Positions 35,877 to 49,240 are shown, counted from the first letter of the stretch. The stretch is 64,000 nucleotides of DNA from Camelus ferus (GCF_009834535.1 NC_045707.1:46130001-46194000); one strand, 5' to 3'. Notes: a model not told the origin generated them from the letters alone. Translations and numbers: made by a program.

Positions 35877-36390
35877 TGTGCTATGCTAGATTAAAGATTG
35901 CTATACATTCCTTGCAACTTCTCTTGAGAGATGGGATCAAACTCCCCTCCCACTGAATCTGAGCTGGCTTTAATGATTTGCTTAATTGGTGGGATGAAGT
36001 GGACATGACACTGTGTGACATACGAGGTGAACTATAAGAAGACTTGCTACACCTGCCATGGATTCTTTGGACACTGACCCGTAGAAGCCAGTTGCCATGC
36101 TGTGAGGAAGCCCAAGGAGCCCATCGACAGGCTCACAAGGAGAGGAATAAGGACACTGGCTTACAGTCCTGGCCTGCACCTGCTCACCAACCACATGAGT
36201 GTGAGCCATCTTCAGGTGGCTCCTCCAACGTCTTGAGTGACCCCAGTTAATGCCACATGGAACACAGATGAGATGTGCCCATTGAATCCTGCCTACATTG
36301 TAGAATTCATCAGTAAAATAAATGACTAGTGTGGCTTTAAACCACTAAATTTTGGCACAGTATGTTGTGCAACAGTAGGTAACTGGAGCA
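35877..36390 (+). mobile_element. MaLR solo LTR (MLT1F/G-like)
   Basis: TGAATCTGAGCTGGCTT...GCCATGCTGTGAGGAAGCCCAAG...TTTAAACCACTAAATTTTGG...GTAACTGGAGCA. Confidence 0.85.
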
Positions 36391-37307
36391 CCTGCCAGCT
36401 TTGCGTAACCAACATAAATCAGATTCAAATGTAAGGTCAAAAAAATTTCATTTTCTTTAATATTAATGCTATTACAAGAGAAGTCTTCTCTAGAAAAAAC
36501 TCTTACTTCAAACGTCCCTGAAAATCATCCCAGAAATTATTTTTGCATAGTTAAAATGTTTTAACTCTTAACCCTCTATCCTTACTAAAGCAAATACCAA
36601 AGACCACGCACATTAGTACAGATTTACTGACTAAATTGGAATCTTCTAAGAAAAAACACATTTGCTAGTGGAATATCAACTAAGTGCCATCAGAGTAATT
36701 GGGGAAACTAAATGTAAAATCAGATTCTAAGTGAATCTGTGAGTCACTGCAAATTAGGTATAAGAACTACATAGTATAAAGTTAGTTACTCACATTAGCT
36801 AAAAGGGCAGAAGAATAAAATCTAACATTTTTGTTTGGGGCTCCCCACTCACTCAACACATTTGCTTTGCAAATACTTTTCTGATCAGATAGAACAGTTA
36901 CCTAGGGTATGTTCCACTGGACCTCACCAGCCAAATTGGAAGTGATTGATTACCAGAGTGGTGTGTTTACTTTAAAGGGAAATCACAGGATTATCGCTCC
37001 CATTTCTCCTGAACCCTTTCCAACTTGTACTTCCTGTGCTTGGTAGTCCCTACAAGATAAGAAAGAAAGAAATGCCCTTGAATGCATGGCTAGTGGTAAG
37101 ATGCCTGTGAGACCCTTGTGGGCTATGGCTGGTGTTGAAATAATTTATTAGAAAGTTGATGAGTCTATGGAAACAAAATGGCCACAATGTATAATGAAAT
37201 GAAGAAAAGCACGTGGGCAGACAAACAGGAGCTATTGTGTCAAGCAATTTGTCTGATATGTTGGCGGATGAATAAAAGATAGTGAGTTAGAAAAAGAGGT
37301 ATTTTTG

Positions 37308-37447
37308 GTGGGGAGGGTATATATATAGCTCAGTGGTAGAGCACATGCCTACTATGCATGAGGTCCTGAATTCAATCCCCAGTACCTTCATCAAAAATAA
37401 ATAAATAAACCTAATTACCGACCCCCCACAAATTTTTTTTTTAAAAA
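37308..37447 (+). mobile_element. Camelid tRNA-derived SINE (Vic-1-like)
   Basis: TAGCTCAGTGGTAGAGCACATGCC...GAGGTCCTGAATTCAATCCCCAGTACC with A/B-box-like motifs; flanks AGAGGTAT(T/C)TTT. Confidence 0.9.
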
Positions 37448-37494
37448 AGAGAGGTATCTTTTAGAAAGGCTGACAGGATCTGTTCTGTTAGCTT

Positions 37495-37758
37495 ATAGAT
37501 GCTACTCAACTCGGCAGCTCTGGTGAGAAAATCGCCACAGACAGCATGTAAACAACTGGGCGTGGCTACGTGCCAAGAAAACTTTACTTGTAGAGATTGG
37601 AAATTGAATTTCGTGTAATTTTCATGTGCCACCAAACAGCCTTCTGTTGATTTTTTTTCAACCATTTAAAAATGTAAACACCCTTCTTAGCTCACAGGCT
37701 GTACAAAAACAAGCAGCAGGTGGGGTTTGGTTCATGGGCCACAGTTTGCTGATCGTTG
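37495..37758 (+). mobile_element. MER58B-like element (partial)
   Basis: GGGCGTGGCTACGTGCCAAGAAAACTTTA...CAACCATTTAAAAATGTAAACACCCTTCTTAGCTCACAGGCTGTACAAAAAC. Confidence 0.85.
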
Positions 37759-38499
37759 TTGTCATTTGGGGGAGAGGACAGCTGGATGACTTGAGGAGAG
37801 GAAATGGCTTGCTTTCTGCTTTCTAAGCTTTCATATTTAGGGAACTTTTTAGAACAATTTTATATACATATGGCTTTTATACTAAAGAAATGAAAGACAT
37901 GTCCATATTGAGGTCAAAGGGAAAAAAGTCTCTGTACAAGGGCCCTATTAGTGGGAAAAGGACAAGTGATGGCCCCTTGGGGCTCATGTTCAAATAATTC
38001 AAGATCTCATTCATTCAGACTCACCCATTCGGAATTTGGGTTGAAGGTCTCATTTGCTCACTTGAAAAAGATTTATTTATCAACCTAAATTGTAAACAGT
38101 TTAAGACAAATTGTGTTACTAATTGTAAGTTATCTTCATCTGCTTATTAAAGCTGGCCCATTAGGAAGTCTGCTGAGAAGGCTAAGAGCCTAGATTAAGT
38201 TACTTGAAAGCAATGCCCTGTTGCTTTTTAAATGCTGTGTTAATTACTCAGACTGTCTTTTCTCATTTTACCCACAATGTGTTACACTTTTGTGATACTT
38301 ATGTTAGGCTAATTTTCATTAGAGTTGTGTGTATTCCTCTTTTTGTCCATCTTCATTCTTTGTAAATTCCCAGAAGGCATGGTACTGGCTCTTATAGATC
38401 ACAGCTTTTATTCATTCATTTATTCAACAAATATTTCCTGGGTGCTTGCTATGTACCAGGCAGTGTTGTAGGCCCTGGAAACACTGGAGTGAACCTGAG

Positions 38500-38752
38500 G
38501 ACAAGAGGCCGTGTGGAGGGGGCTGCCTGACCAGAGCTGTGACTTTTGGTTAAGGGATGTGGCCAACCTACCGTTAAGCCATAGAGAAAGAAACCAGGGG
38601 GATGAATACCCCAGCCCCCCTCTTCTTTCCTTCCTCCTGCCAGCGTTCTCCAGGGGTGAGCCCACGTGGAAGCCCTTGCTGCAGGCCACGTAGGTTGGAC
38701 TCCCAGAACAAGTAGCGTAGGTCCTGAAGGGCAGCTGGGAGACATTCTACAC
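38500..38752 (-). mobile_element. ERVL-type LTR fragment (LTR33-like), adjoining an L2 tail at 38410-38500
   Basis: GGGGCTGCCTGACCAGAGCTGTGACTTTTGG...GAATACCCCAGCC...GAAGGGCAGCTGGGAGACATTCTACAC. Confidence 0.65.
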
Positions 38753-39564
38753 CACTGCCGTCCCGGGCGTGATGGGGAAGTGGTCAGGAGGGTGGCAGAT
38801 TCACTTCCTCACTCTTGGCATTTGTGCAGATTCCAGTATTCTTGGCTCCAGCTGTTACCAGATGCCTAGACCCACCAGGTAGACAGTTATAAATTACTTT
38901 TTATAAGTGCACACGTGGAAAAGTCCTTGGCAATGATTTAGTTGGAGGATAAAGAATTGGCGTTGGTACTTCCATAGAGCCTTTGAAGCTGATTCGCCAT
39001 CTCAGCCAGAACACTTAAAAATCTCAGTTCACTTATTTAGAAACTGAACATAGTAATACATTCTTCTCAGACAGATGAGAGGCTTCAGCTCATCAAAGTC
39101 TGTATGTTTTTTGAGATTTCTCATGGAGATAAGTTTAATTATGATGAGCATCATATGTATTAGTAATTAGACATAAATCTCTTAAGTTTGATTAGAGATA
39201 AAAGTGCCCTTGACTTTAGAGTATTGATTCTGTGACTTATTATGGACTCTTACATCTTAGAGTTTCATCTTGGAGGTGAGTAATTTGACTTGGAAGGTCA
39301 TAGGGGTTCTCTGACCTTGCTGCATTTTAGCTATCTCAGGCATGTTGACCAGGATAATAATTGCGACCGTTTCTACGAAGAATTAACTACTTGAATCGAC
39401 TGTCTAAACCCTCCTTCATTATTGTACTCTACGCACCACAGGTGAAACCCAGAATAAATTACTGAAATGTAAATAGAACATGTAAAGACTCTTTCCGATC
39501 ATGTCTACCAAGTACCTCAAAGTTTAGGCAGTATATTGATAACAAATAACTATAACTCTCACCT

Positions 39565-40690
39565 TACTTGTGGGAATGGAAATTGGTTCAGCTACCTTGA
39601 AAAATTGGTAGTTTCCGCTAAAGCTGTGCATATACCTAACCCTTGAACAGCAATTCCCCTCCTAGGTATACAGACGAGAGAAATGAGTGTCTGTGTCCAC
39701 TGGAGGGTAAGGGAAAAATAATTTTCTAGGTTCTTGGCTGAGGACCCCCCCCCCAATAATTAAAAGACAGATTAGTGGGAGAAAAATGAATTTAATTACA
39801 TATACCTATAAGAGTCCAACAAGCCACAAGACTCAAAGGGAGTCAGGCAATTAGGCTCATACACCATCCTGAGATAAGGAAAGGGATGTGGGGGTCTGGG
39901 GCATCAAAGGGGAGGAAGGCACACAGGACATTAAGAGGAGCACATGTTTGGTAAACAGATGTTTGCCCTGCCATGCAGATTAAATCAGATGAAAATGTTA
40001 TCTCTGGGAATAGCTCTCTTCCTGGTACAGACCCCCTTTCTGCATTCTTTCAGGCAGTTAAGAGGAAAGTCAAAAACTTTTCCTGTTGCTGGGTCTTGAT
40101 TGTCTTCAGCTCACAATAATCTCCGTGCCAAAGTGACACGTTTTGGGGTGGCTCATTCTGCTCCCCTTCACTGCCAAAAGACATGCACGAGGGTGTTTAT
40201 AGCAGCCTTATTCCTAATAGTTCCAAACTAATAACCCAAATGGACATCAACAGGGAAATACATAAAATAAATTGTGATTCTTTCATATAGTGAGATATTT
40301 CATAGCAATGAAAATAATGAGCTAATTTTTTAAAAAATGATCCAATGACACACGCAAAAACATGAATGAATTTCAAAGATACTATGTTGGGTAAAAGAAG
40401 CCAGGGACAAAAAGAGTGCCTGTATGAAGTTCAGAGACAGGTAAGATTAATTGGTGGTGATGAAAGTAAAAAAAGAAAAAAAAAAAATTACTCCTTGTGC
40501 CAGGGTGGGGGCCCGGAGGTATTATCTGGAAGAGTCTTAATGAAACCTGCTATGCTGGGAATTTTCTATATTTTGACATGGATGGTGCTGCAGGGGTACC
40601 TGTATAAACATTCTTCGGACTATACTTTAGGTTGTGTACTTTACCCGCTTTACTTATTGTACATTATACTTCAATTAAAAACTTTTCTTA
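39565..40690 (+). mobile_element. Old L1ME ORF2 end/3' UTR, split by an LTR
   Basis: CAGCAATTCCCCTCCTAGGTATA...GTCCAC|CAAAAGACATGCAC...ACATTATACTTCAATTAAAA. Confidence 0.8.
39701..40170 (-). mobile_element. ERV1 solo LTR (MER34/MER39-like)
   Basis: TG...CA ends; TCTTCAGCTCACAATAATCTCCGTGCCAAAGTGACACGTTTTGGGGTGGC...CCCCTTCA. Confidence 0.8.
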
Positions 40691-40856
40691 AACAGCTGTA
40701 TTGAGTTTTACAGCCAAACTCTGGCAAATGTAGCCATAATAATATCAGGAAAACACAATGAAACTTTTACCTTACTATGGAGTAGAAATAGATATAATCT
40801 TTCTGGAGAGTTTGCCAATGCGGCTTAAAAACATGAGGAATAAGCACACCTTTGAC

Positions 40857-41494
40857 TGTCTCCAAACCACACTAGGATCCGCTGGCCTGACTTGCAGCAA
40901 AGCCAATCTACTGACACTGGGTGGTGGTGAAGGGAAGTTCAGTGTTTACCGTAGGGTGCCAAGCAAGGAGGATGGGCAGTTCATGCTCAAAAGACCCAAA
41001 CTCTCCAGTGGCTTTCAGGGAAGAGTTTTTAAAGACAGTGTGAGGGAGAGGATCACAGGGTGTGTGATCAACTTGTATTCAGTTCTTTGATTGGTTGATA
41101 GTGAGGTAACAAGGTGATGTTTTGGAAATCTCAGTCATTAACCCGATTTTAACCAGTCTGGGTCTATGTGCTAGTTAGTGGTCAGCATGCAGTGAACTTC
41201 TCCCACCTGGTGGGAGTTTTAGTTTTCTATAAAACAACTCAAGGATATGGCTCACAATATTATCTATGGGCCCTCAGGAGGAACTAAAGATCCTTGACTC
41301 TGTTTTATGGTTAAACTATTATAATTTTGTCCTGTTTAACTTTCTTTGGCTTATTCCTGCATTTTTAAACTTTTCTGATTAAATTTGCTCTTTGGAACTT
41401 GGGGAAGGTCTAGGAGGCTAAAGGTTTTTTATGAGCAAGAAGCTGGGGACCGTTGTGGGGAAAGGATCTCCCCACAGAGTCCTGCTTGGTTTTA
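40857..41494 (-). mobile_element. ERV1 solo LTR (MER4-group, LTR39-like) inside an old L1
   Basis: GCAGCAAAGCCAATCTACTGACACTGGG...GCCAAGCAAGGAGGATGGGCAGTTCATGCTCAAAAGACCCAAACTC; 4-bp TSD TGAC at 40853-40856 and 41495-41498. Confidence 0.8.
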
Positions 41495-42032
41495 TGACCT
41501 AGCAAGTTCTATAAACATCATTAAGATCATATGTATGGGTTTATCCATAAGGATGTTCATGTCAACGCTCTTTGTAATATTGAGCATTTGGAAACAATCC
41601 AGTGTTCACTTCTGAGAACTGGTAAATATGTTATATAACAATACACAGCTATTTGAACAACATGGTGGGGAGAGGGGCTATGTTTGTATCCAGGTGTGTT
41701 TCTACTGGGAAAACAAGATAGACATAAAGACTCCAGGAAACTGTGTTAGTTGACTAAAAAATCGCTCTAGTGATGAAGATATTTGAAATATGTGTATTGA
41801 ATCACATTAAGAAATGTTAATAGATATAGAGTACACATTATTCACTTCCCTGGAAGGAAAATATAGGTCTTATGTTCCTTCCTAAGATCTATTTATTCTC
41901 ATATTCTTTGGTTTAGTCTTAAATTTGCTGTCAATGTTTCTGACCCAGACTCAGCAAATGAAATCTTGTCTGTGGCTCAACTCAGCAGTTTTCCTTTTTA
42001 GCACTTGCTGGTTAAGAAAACCTCTAGGCCTG

Positions 42033-42170
42033 AGGGAGAGGGGTGTAGTGGTAACTCAGTGGTAGAGTGCTATGCGTAGCATGTATGAGATCCTGGGTTC
42101 GATCCCCAGTACCTCCATTAAATAAATAAGTAAACCTAATTATCTTCCCCCACCAAAACAAAACAAAACC
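42033..42170 (+). mobile_element. Camelid tRNA-derived SINE (Vic-1-like)
   Basis: CTCAGTGGTAGAGTGC...TCCTGGGTTCGATCCCCAGTACCTCC...AAACCTAATTATC; imperfect TSD AAACC(T/C)CTAGG. Confidence 0.9.
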
Positions 42171-44019
42171 AAACCCCTAGGTCTTGAAGAGAGGCTGTTA
42201 AGTACTGAGAGCTAAAACAGTAAAGCAGTAGAAGAGCAAGGGAAAGCTGAAACCTTCCCATAATAAAATCCTACTCTGTTTTTAGTAACCATTAAATAAC
42301 TTTTTAGAGTTGTCTCTAAGAAACCCACTTGGAGACATCCAGACTTTCTAAAATTTAATATTATCTCCAATGGAAATAACATTACTTGCCAATTAATTTT
42401 CATGGGGTAACATTATTCAAATTGGTAACTGTAACTCCCCAAGATTATATAAAGTTTTGATTGCTTTTTCAAGATGCTCAACATTCTATTTCTGTCTTTT
42501 CTTCTTCTGGCCAAAGGAAGGATGAAGTCAATGACTCTGGTAGGTTCCTTATTTTGAACAGTGAGACTTGGTACTGTTATTTCTAAAAGCTTTTTTATTC
42601 AAGTTAGCTGAGAATCTTTGGAAGAGGGGAGTTTTTTTTTTCCATTGGGAAAAGGAAGAATTACCTTATTTTCAGGGATGCCTTATATTCAGCCTTTTAA
42701 AAAAATTTCTTGGCCTCAATTTCTGCATCTGTAAAATGAAAACAATAATGCTACCACATCTCAGCGGTACTAGAAGAATAAAATAGTGTCTGATGAGGCA
42801 AGTGCTGATAAATAGTAACTGTATATTTCTATATACACATGCGTAGTAAGCCACATAGGTATAGCTCTGTGTACAGTAGTCCTTATCTTAGTTTTTCATC
42901 TCCTGCCTTAGCGCCATATTTGGTCCACACTAGTCCGCATAGTTTTTGGTTGAAGCCCCCTTTTTTGGTTTGTCATAGATGGCATAAAACGCTTTGGTGA
43001 CTTAAATTTCATTCTCCACGCCAGGCCAGCCTGGGGTTTCTGTAGAATAACAGACATTTTTTAGTAAAGCTTAAATGACAACAGCAGATTTAACTCCTTC
43101 CCAAACTCCCCTTTTTATTCAAGAGAATTCTTGTGGTACCTTGTCCTTTTACCTCATTCATTCATGCATTCCACAGATATTTACTAAACACCAATAATAA
43201 CTTGCACACACAGCTAGGTGCTGGACACACTGCGAACCAGTCATGAAGAGGCTTCTGCCTTCATTCATGGAGGTTATATTCTGCTGGGGGTGTTCTTCAT
43301 GATGCCACTTTTTTTTTGTTGTTGCTCCAGTGTTTACCAAGCAGTTTTCCAGCCCCTTGCCCCTACTGCTTCTGAGCTAGTCCTACAGAACAGCGCCTTG
43401 CTTAAGTGGGCACAGCTGATGTCTGAGCATTGGGCTTCCCAGCCTTTCAAGCAAAGAGGCCCTCCCCCTCCTCAACCTTGCTGGACCTCTAAATAGGCCA
43501 GTGGTTACATAGCCCATACTGACCTGGAACCCTCTTTCCAAGAACGCCATTGAAACTGAACTTATTGTTGCAGAGCCTTGGCTAAAGACTTGGAAAATAT
43601 CCCATAAATAAAACACCAGGTAATCTTGAGGCTCGTCCGCGTGATTTATCAGCATCCTTTCACATTGCAAAGTTGTGAAAGAAACACTAGGGAAATATGT
43701 CAACCCCTAATGGCGGGAACCAGAGATATTTTCAGGAAAGGGTAGGCGATTCCAATCCAGAGTCTCCTCAGATGCTTGAAAGAGCAAGGATTATGCAGGG
43801 ATAAAAAGCAAAAGTAAACACAAAAACTATGAACGAAGAATGAACACAAAGGGCGGAAATCCTTCTATGGAAACAAGCTTTCCTCCAAAGAAGAAAAACA
43901 AGAACCTGCTGGAAAATCTGTCAGCCTGGAGTAGTAAATGGAGGCCAGAGTCTGCACAGTGAGTGCCTCCTGGGTCCCTGGGTCTCTGCTAAAACGCTTT
44001 GTTTCTAAATGGAAATTAA

Positions 44020-44370
44020 TAGTTGGCAGCTGAGAGACTGACTTGCCAGACGCCGGTTCCGTTGTGGAGTGGGAAGCTGATTTCGGGAGTGGGTTAAACG
44101 GAGGGTGTGAGGGTGCAGGAAGAAAAAAAGCAGATTCTGTGACGTCTGGTAGAGGCGAAGGTACAGGCAGCTCGAGTTCGGCGGTTTCTTCTCTTGAGTT
44201 GTGCGTTTGTTCATGAAAGCGCTATTCACCTTCCACCCATGCTCCGGGGCCGCGGTGCGATGCGGGGGTTGGGGGAGGAGCCAGCGCCTGGCCCCGCCCA
44301 CTGCCCGCCGTACCGGGACTTTGCTTCCAGAACTACATCCCAGCGCTGGAAAGGCGGGGACCCAGCCTCA
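44020..44370. promoter_or_regulatory. Small CpG-island-like promoter or regulatory element
   Basis: 24 CpGs counted in 44041-44360 against a CpG-depleted background; GC boxes GGCCCCGCCCA (44290-44300) and AGGCGGGG; CRE-like TGACGTCT (44140-44147); ZNF143/THAP11-like ACTACATCCCAG (44332-44343). Confidence 0.7.
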
Positions 44371-44994
44371 AATCTAGGTCTTTTCAAATGCAGATTTGTC
44401 TCCTTATTGTTTTGGAACCTCTATCCTGTTGCGGTTTTGTTTTTATTTTTACTTTTAATCACACCTGAAATCTTTATTTCTGTTGGGAAATGCCACTTTC
44501 CCTTTGATCCTTGGAAGCTGCTTTGGGCCACTGTGACCTTCTGACGCAGAGACCGTATTTTCAGGTGGTATGACTAATTCCACCTTCTCTTCTTTCCAGT
44601 GCCTCCTTTCCCCCCCTTATCCTCTGAATGGGTTTCATTCCTTTCTGTTGCCAAATATTCTTTCTGAAGTCCTCTCAAGATCTTCTCTACTCCCTTCCCA
44701 AGCCTGACACCAAGGCCTCCTCCCTCCAAACCAAACTCAGTATAAACCAGAATGAAAGCAGGGAAAGAGACTCAGTGAATTACTGCTGGCACTCCAGGAT
44801 TTTCACTTTTCTCATTCTGAAATCAACTTGTATTTGAAAGACAAAGACATGTATATGGTAGAACATGATAAAATGAAGGCCCTCATGTTTGATTCAGAGA
44901 ACTCTTAATGTAGAGGCTACAGAAGAATCCTAAATAAGCATGATTGTGAAAACTTTAAAACGGTTAGACATTATGTCTGTGTCTTTCATTTTAA

Positions 44995-47000
44995 CCATTC
45001 ATTCATTCAGCTGATAGTTACTGAGCACCTGCCACGCGCCAAGCACTACTTCGGGCATAAAGTAGACCAAAAAAATTCTTGTTCTTATGGAGCTCATGTT
45101 TCAGCTCTGTGAATACAGACTAGGGGGAGCAGTCAATAAACCTAACGGGTAAGTACATCATGTGTTGGAAAGTGTTAAGTGCCAAGAAGGAAAATAAAGC
45201 AGGGAAGAGAGAGGGAGTATCGGAGGTGTGGCTGCAGAGTAATTTCACACAAGGAGGCCAAGGAAAGCCTCACTGAGAAGATGACATACTTGCCTAAAGG
45301 TGAGAAGTGAGAGAATGCATATTCAGATATCCTAAGGGAGAGCACACAGTAGAGGGAGCAGCAAGTACAAAGGCCCAGAGGAAGCACGCCAGAGTGTGTG
45401 CTAGGAAGGATGAAGACACCTGTCTGGCTGAGGCATGGAGGGGGAAGGAGTAAGTGAGATCTGGCTAGGGAGGTCTCTGTTGGGTTTTGGTCTTTCTGAG
45501 TGAGATGGGAGCCATTTAAGGACTTTTGAGCTGGAGGGACAAGATTTGACTTAGTTTTAACAGGGGTTAATGAGGTCAAGAGACAGATTTTTAAGCCTGA
45601 GGGGAATAACAGCATGTTTGTATGCTGTTGGAAATGATCCGTGGAAAGAGAAAATACAGTGATGCAGGAAAGAGAGACAGTTGCTGCCAAGATGCCCTTG
45701 AATAGGGAAAGGGGGTTGGGATGTTGAGTGGAGGGGAGGGGCTGCCCTCAGGACCACAGACAGCTCATATAGGGTGACAGGAGTGGAGGCGGGGTGTGTG
45801 TAGGGGCACAGAGACAGGTGTAGGTCAATGTGGTGGTGGGCATTTGTGGAAGTTCTCTTCTGGTTGCTGCGATTGTTTCAGAGAGGTATGAGTTAACCCT
45901 CTAGGAGAGAGGGAGAACAAAGGGAATGTCAGATTACCAGGTGGCCCACCTGGTTTCCGGTTATGGATCTAAAATGAACCCAGCCACTTAGGTATGTTTT
46001 TCTCCAGCCTTGTTGAGCTGCTCTGGTGCAGGCACAGAGTAAGGGGAGAATCAGAGTTAACCAAGGTGGGTGTTTTGCTAGGTGAATAGAGGGAAGGAGA
46101 GGCACGGGAGTTGGAAGTATAAGTGAGTAAATGATGATAAGCTGCTTAAGTTAAGTGGAGGTGCGGGGGATATTAACAGTAGTGAAAAAGTGGTGGGATC
46201 AGTGCATCATAGGTGTCCTTGGATTGGAAGGGTACTAACGGGAGTGAGCTGGAAATCAAGGAAGTGGTGTTTGGGATGCTTGAAATGGATGAGGGAGACA
46301 GTGCAGTTTCTGGCAATGACATGGTCTAGAGTGTGACTGTGGGGGAAGCTGAGGTAGGGTGGAGAACAAGACATTTGATGGAAATGTGCTCAAGGAACCC
46401 CAGGGCAGGGGTATTGGGAGGCTCCCCTGTGAATTTTGAAATCACCAAGTATTTTATAACATAAGTAATGTTGGCAAAGGTAACAGTGAGTCAGGAGCTA
46501 ACATCTTTAAGGAATGAGAGGAGAGTGATGGGGGTGGAGGGTGGGTTTCTCTTGATCACTGCAGCAAGGAAGACCAGTCCGTGGTCTAGTCTATGACAGC
46601 TCTTTAAAGGTGGTGAGTATAGAGTGAAAGGAAGATCATTGACACAGAGCAGCAAGGAGGCCAACTCTGGAGTCGACTAGGGGCCGTAGCACAATGGAGG
46701 TGGGAGAGGGAGCAGTGACTGCAGGGAAGACCCAGGTTTCAATTAGAATGAGAAAGTGAAAAAAAAATGTTCAGAGTTTGAGGAGAGAGGAATTTGTTGA
46801 TGAAGGACCATCGGTCTCGAGGACAGAGTGGAGGGGTTTGGGGTGTTGGGCCATCAGAATTGTGTGGGGGTAGCATCCTGGTGATGATGTTCATTTGCCT
46901 GCATACCTGGAGATCCTGGGCTTGTAGTGACCGACCTTAGCGCAAGTGATGGGGTGGGTCTTGTTGGTTTTGAAGGCTGAGAATATGTGTGTTGGGAGGG
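44995..47000 (-). mobile_element. Long L2 remnant (3' end plus internal ORF2-derived portion)
   Basis: CATTCATTCATTCAGC tail; GGCCAAGGAAAGCCTCACTGAGAAGATGACA; TGAGTGAGATGGGAGCCATT; internal TGAAATCACCAAG. Confidence 0.8.
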
Positions 47001-48639
47001 AGGAGAGTTCAGTAGAGGCAGGTCTTGCCAGGACATCTCAGAGTTTCTTCTCATCTCAATTGTACATCTATACAGTGAGTACTTAAAAGAAAAGTAAATG
47101 AAAATGCATCAAAGTCCCCAAAGTAGTTGTATCAGGGTGGGGGAATTATGGGCAGTTTTTCTCCTCTTTTCCACTCTTTTCCTCTTGAAGCCCATCCAAG
47201 GATCTCACCACTGAACTCAGTTTAAGAATTCTACCACTTCTGGCTTGTAGTTTAAATAAAACATCCAGTACTCATTTACAAGGTTCAACTTATTTTGCTA
47301 GATTCACAAAGGAAAAAACATGCATTAAAAACAACGATGACCACAAATAATATCCCTGCTGCTGCTATTTCCCTGGGTGATCTTAATGTGTTTTCACAGG
47401 ATATCCCAGATAAAACAAATGCCTTTCTGTCCTTGAATATGGCTAAGTATACTGCATCCTGCCCTAGACTGTATTGCATTTTGCTGGCCAGATCCAAACC
47501 TCTCAGGTTTTTCCAGGAAGTATGTTTCTAAAAATTTCCAAAGCCTGGATAGAGAGTTCTTTTGTGCCCAGAAACATAGATCTGTAATTAATAACAGCTG
47601 AAGTGTTCTTTATGTCTTTGATAAGTCATCTAAAGCCCCAAGGGCTGTTAGAAGTGAAATTATTCTCAATTTTCAGTTTTGTTATCAAATCTCTTTGTTT
47701 TTGTTAGATAAAGAGTGCACTTATTCCCTTAACCATCATCCATCCTCATCCCCAGGAGGACTTCTTTGTAATAAACCTCCTGGTCCTACAAACCAAGATT
47801 ATTGCACAAATATGTGTAGAAACTTACCAGCCTGTTATCTGCCTATCATACCAAGCACCATAGAATACTTTTGCAATTCCCTATCATATGCTGCTTTAAG
47901 GAAGGTATATTAATTTTTCTCTAGGTTGTAGGTAGAACACTCTTATCTAAAGAGACACACTGGAATTGAACATAAGTATGGGGAATACCCTTAATCACAG
48001 TGTATTTCTGGGATGAAGGAATATTTGATTAGTATTTCAAAGACTCTTTTAACTTCCAAGCATTTCAAGAGATTGACCTGGATCTTTTGAGTATAAAATC
48101 CTGCAGAAAAAGTAAGAACTGCTTGAAACTAACAGTCCAGAAAACTGAAATGTATTCTTGAATATGACTAACAGTAAGTACCTCCGTCAACTTGGGCAGT
48201 TGACTTAACCTCTCTGGTCCTCAGTTTTACCGTGAAAAAAATGACAGGATTTGACCAAAACTGTAGATTTAGGTAGAGTATGATGGTCTCAGAGGGATTT
48301 TATAATTTGCCTCAGAAGAAACTAGGGATTCAGATTCCCTGTTCACTTCCTTTTCCATTATACTGCACTGAACTGTAAGCCACTTCCAAATCAAAAAGAC
48401 GATGATTCCAACTTCAAAAATAGTTTCAAAATTGTGGTGACTTTGGAAGCAGATTTGCACATGCCCATCCCCACCCCCATCCACGCCCCATGCCTGCTGA
48501 ACCATTTCTGACGAGTTTTGGATTAAAACTCCTCCATCATAGTGGTGGCTGCAAAACTCTGTGAATGTACTAAAAACCTTCAGATTGTATACTTTTAATA
48601 TGTGAATTGAATAGTATGTGAATTATGTCTCAGTAAAGC

Positions 48640-49240
48640 TAGGTCAGAATTCTTTTGTTTGCAGGTAATAGGAACCAACGCAAACTGACTCAAGCAAAAA
48701 AAAAAAAAAAGAGTTAATAGCCGATGTCATTGAAAAGTCCCACCCACACTAGATGTCCAGGCATGACTAGGTTTCTGGTCTCAAACAACAACATGAAACC
48801 CCAGCTGCCCTCTCTGTCTTTCAGCCCTCTCGCCTCTGCCACACTGTGACACTCAGTCTCAGGAAGACTTTCTCCACCAATTTTAATTTTACCGATTTAG
48901 CAACTCCAGCAGAAGTATCTCCAGCAAAAGTCCTGACACTGAGTGTCATTGGCTCGGTGTGGGTCACATGCTCATCCAATAATAGTGACATCCAATAATA
49001 ATACTTACTATGAACCAACTTTATTCTTACAACATCTTGTTTGATAGATGAAGAAATCAAGACACAGAAAGTCAGATAACATGCCCAGGAACACACAGTG
49101 GTGAGTATGGGAGCTGGATTTGAAACTCTGGCAGTCTGCCCCTAGAGTTCCTGGTCTTTTGGGTCTTAAGTGCTCTGCTGCCCCGCGTCACTGGAATCAA
49201 GGCAAAGGAATGCTCTGACTGGCTAGTCCTGGAACAGATC
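48640..49240 (-). mobile_element. MaLR LTR fragment (MLT1J/K-like) with an inserted MIR (about 49000-49185)
   Basis: TTTGCAGGTAATAGGAACCAACGCAAACTGACTCAAGCAAAA; MIR GATAGATGAAGAAATCAAGACACAGAAAG...GAGCTGGATTTGAAACTC. Confidence 0.65.

Noticed and set aside
38270..38500. Tail-to-tail L2 fragments, the geometry that produced L2-derived miRNAs
   Set aside because: The + strand piece lacks the terminal segment, so no complementary hairpin forms.
44100..44400. Possible snRNA-type gene (ZNF143-like motif plus near-octamer ATGCAGAT)
   Set aside because: No correctly placed PSE and no similarity to snRNA, vault, Y or tRNA-Sec sequences that I know.
48648..48670. PolyY-CAG|GTAATA recursive-splice-like motif
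   Set aside because: It is the terminus of an antisense MLT1 LTR, where this pattern is generic.
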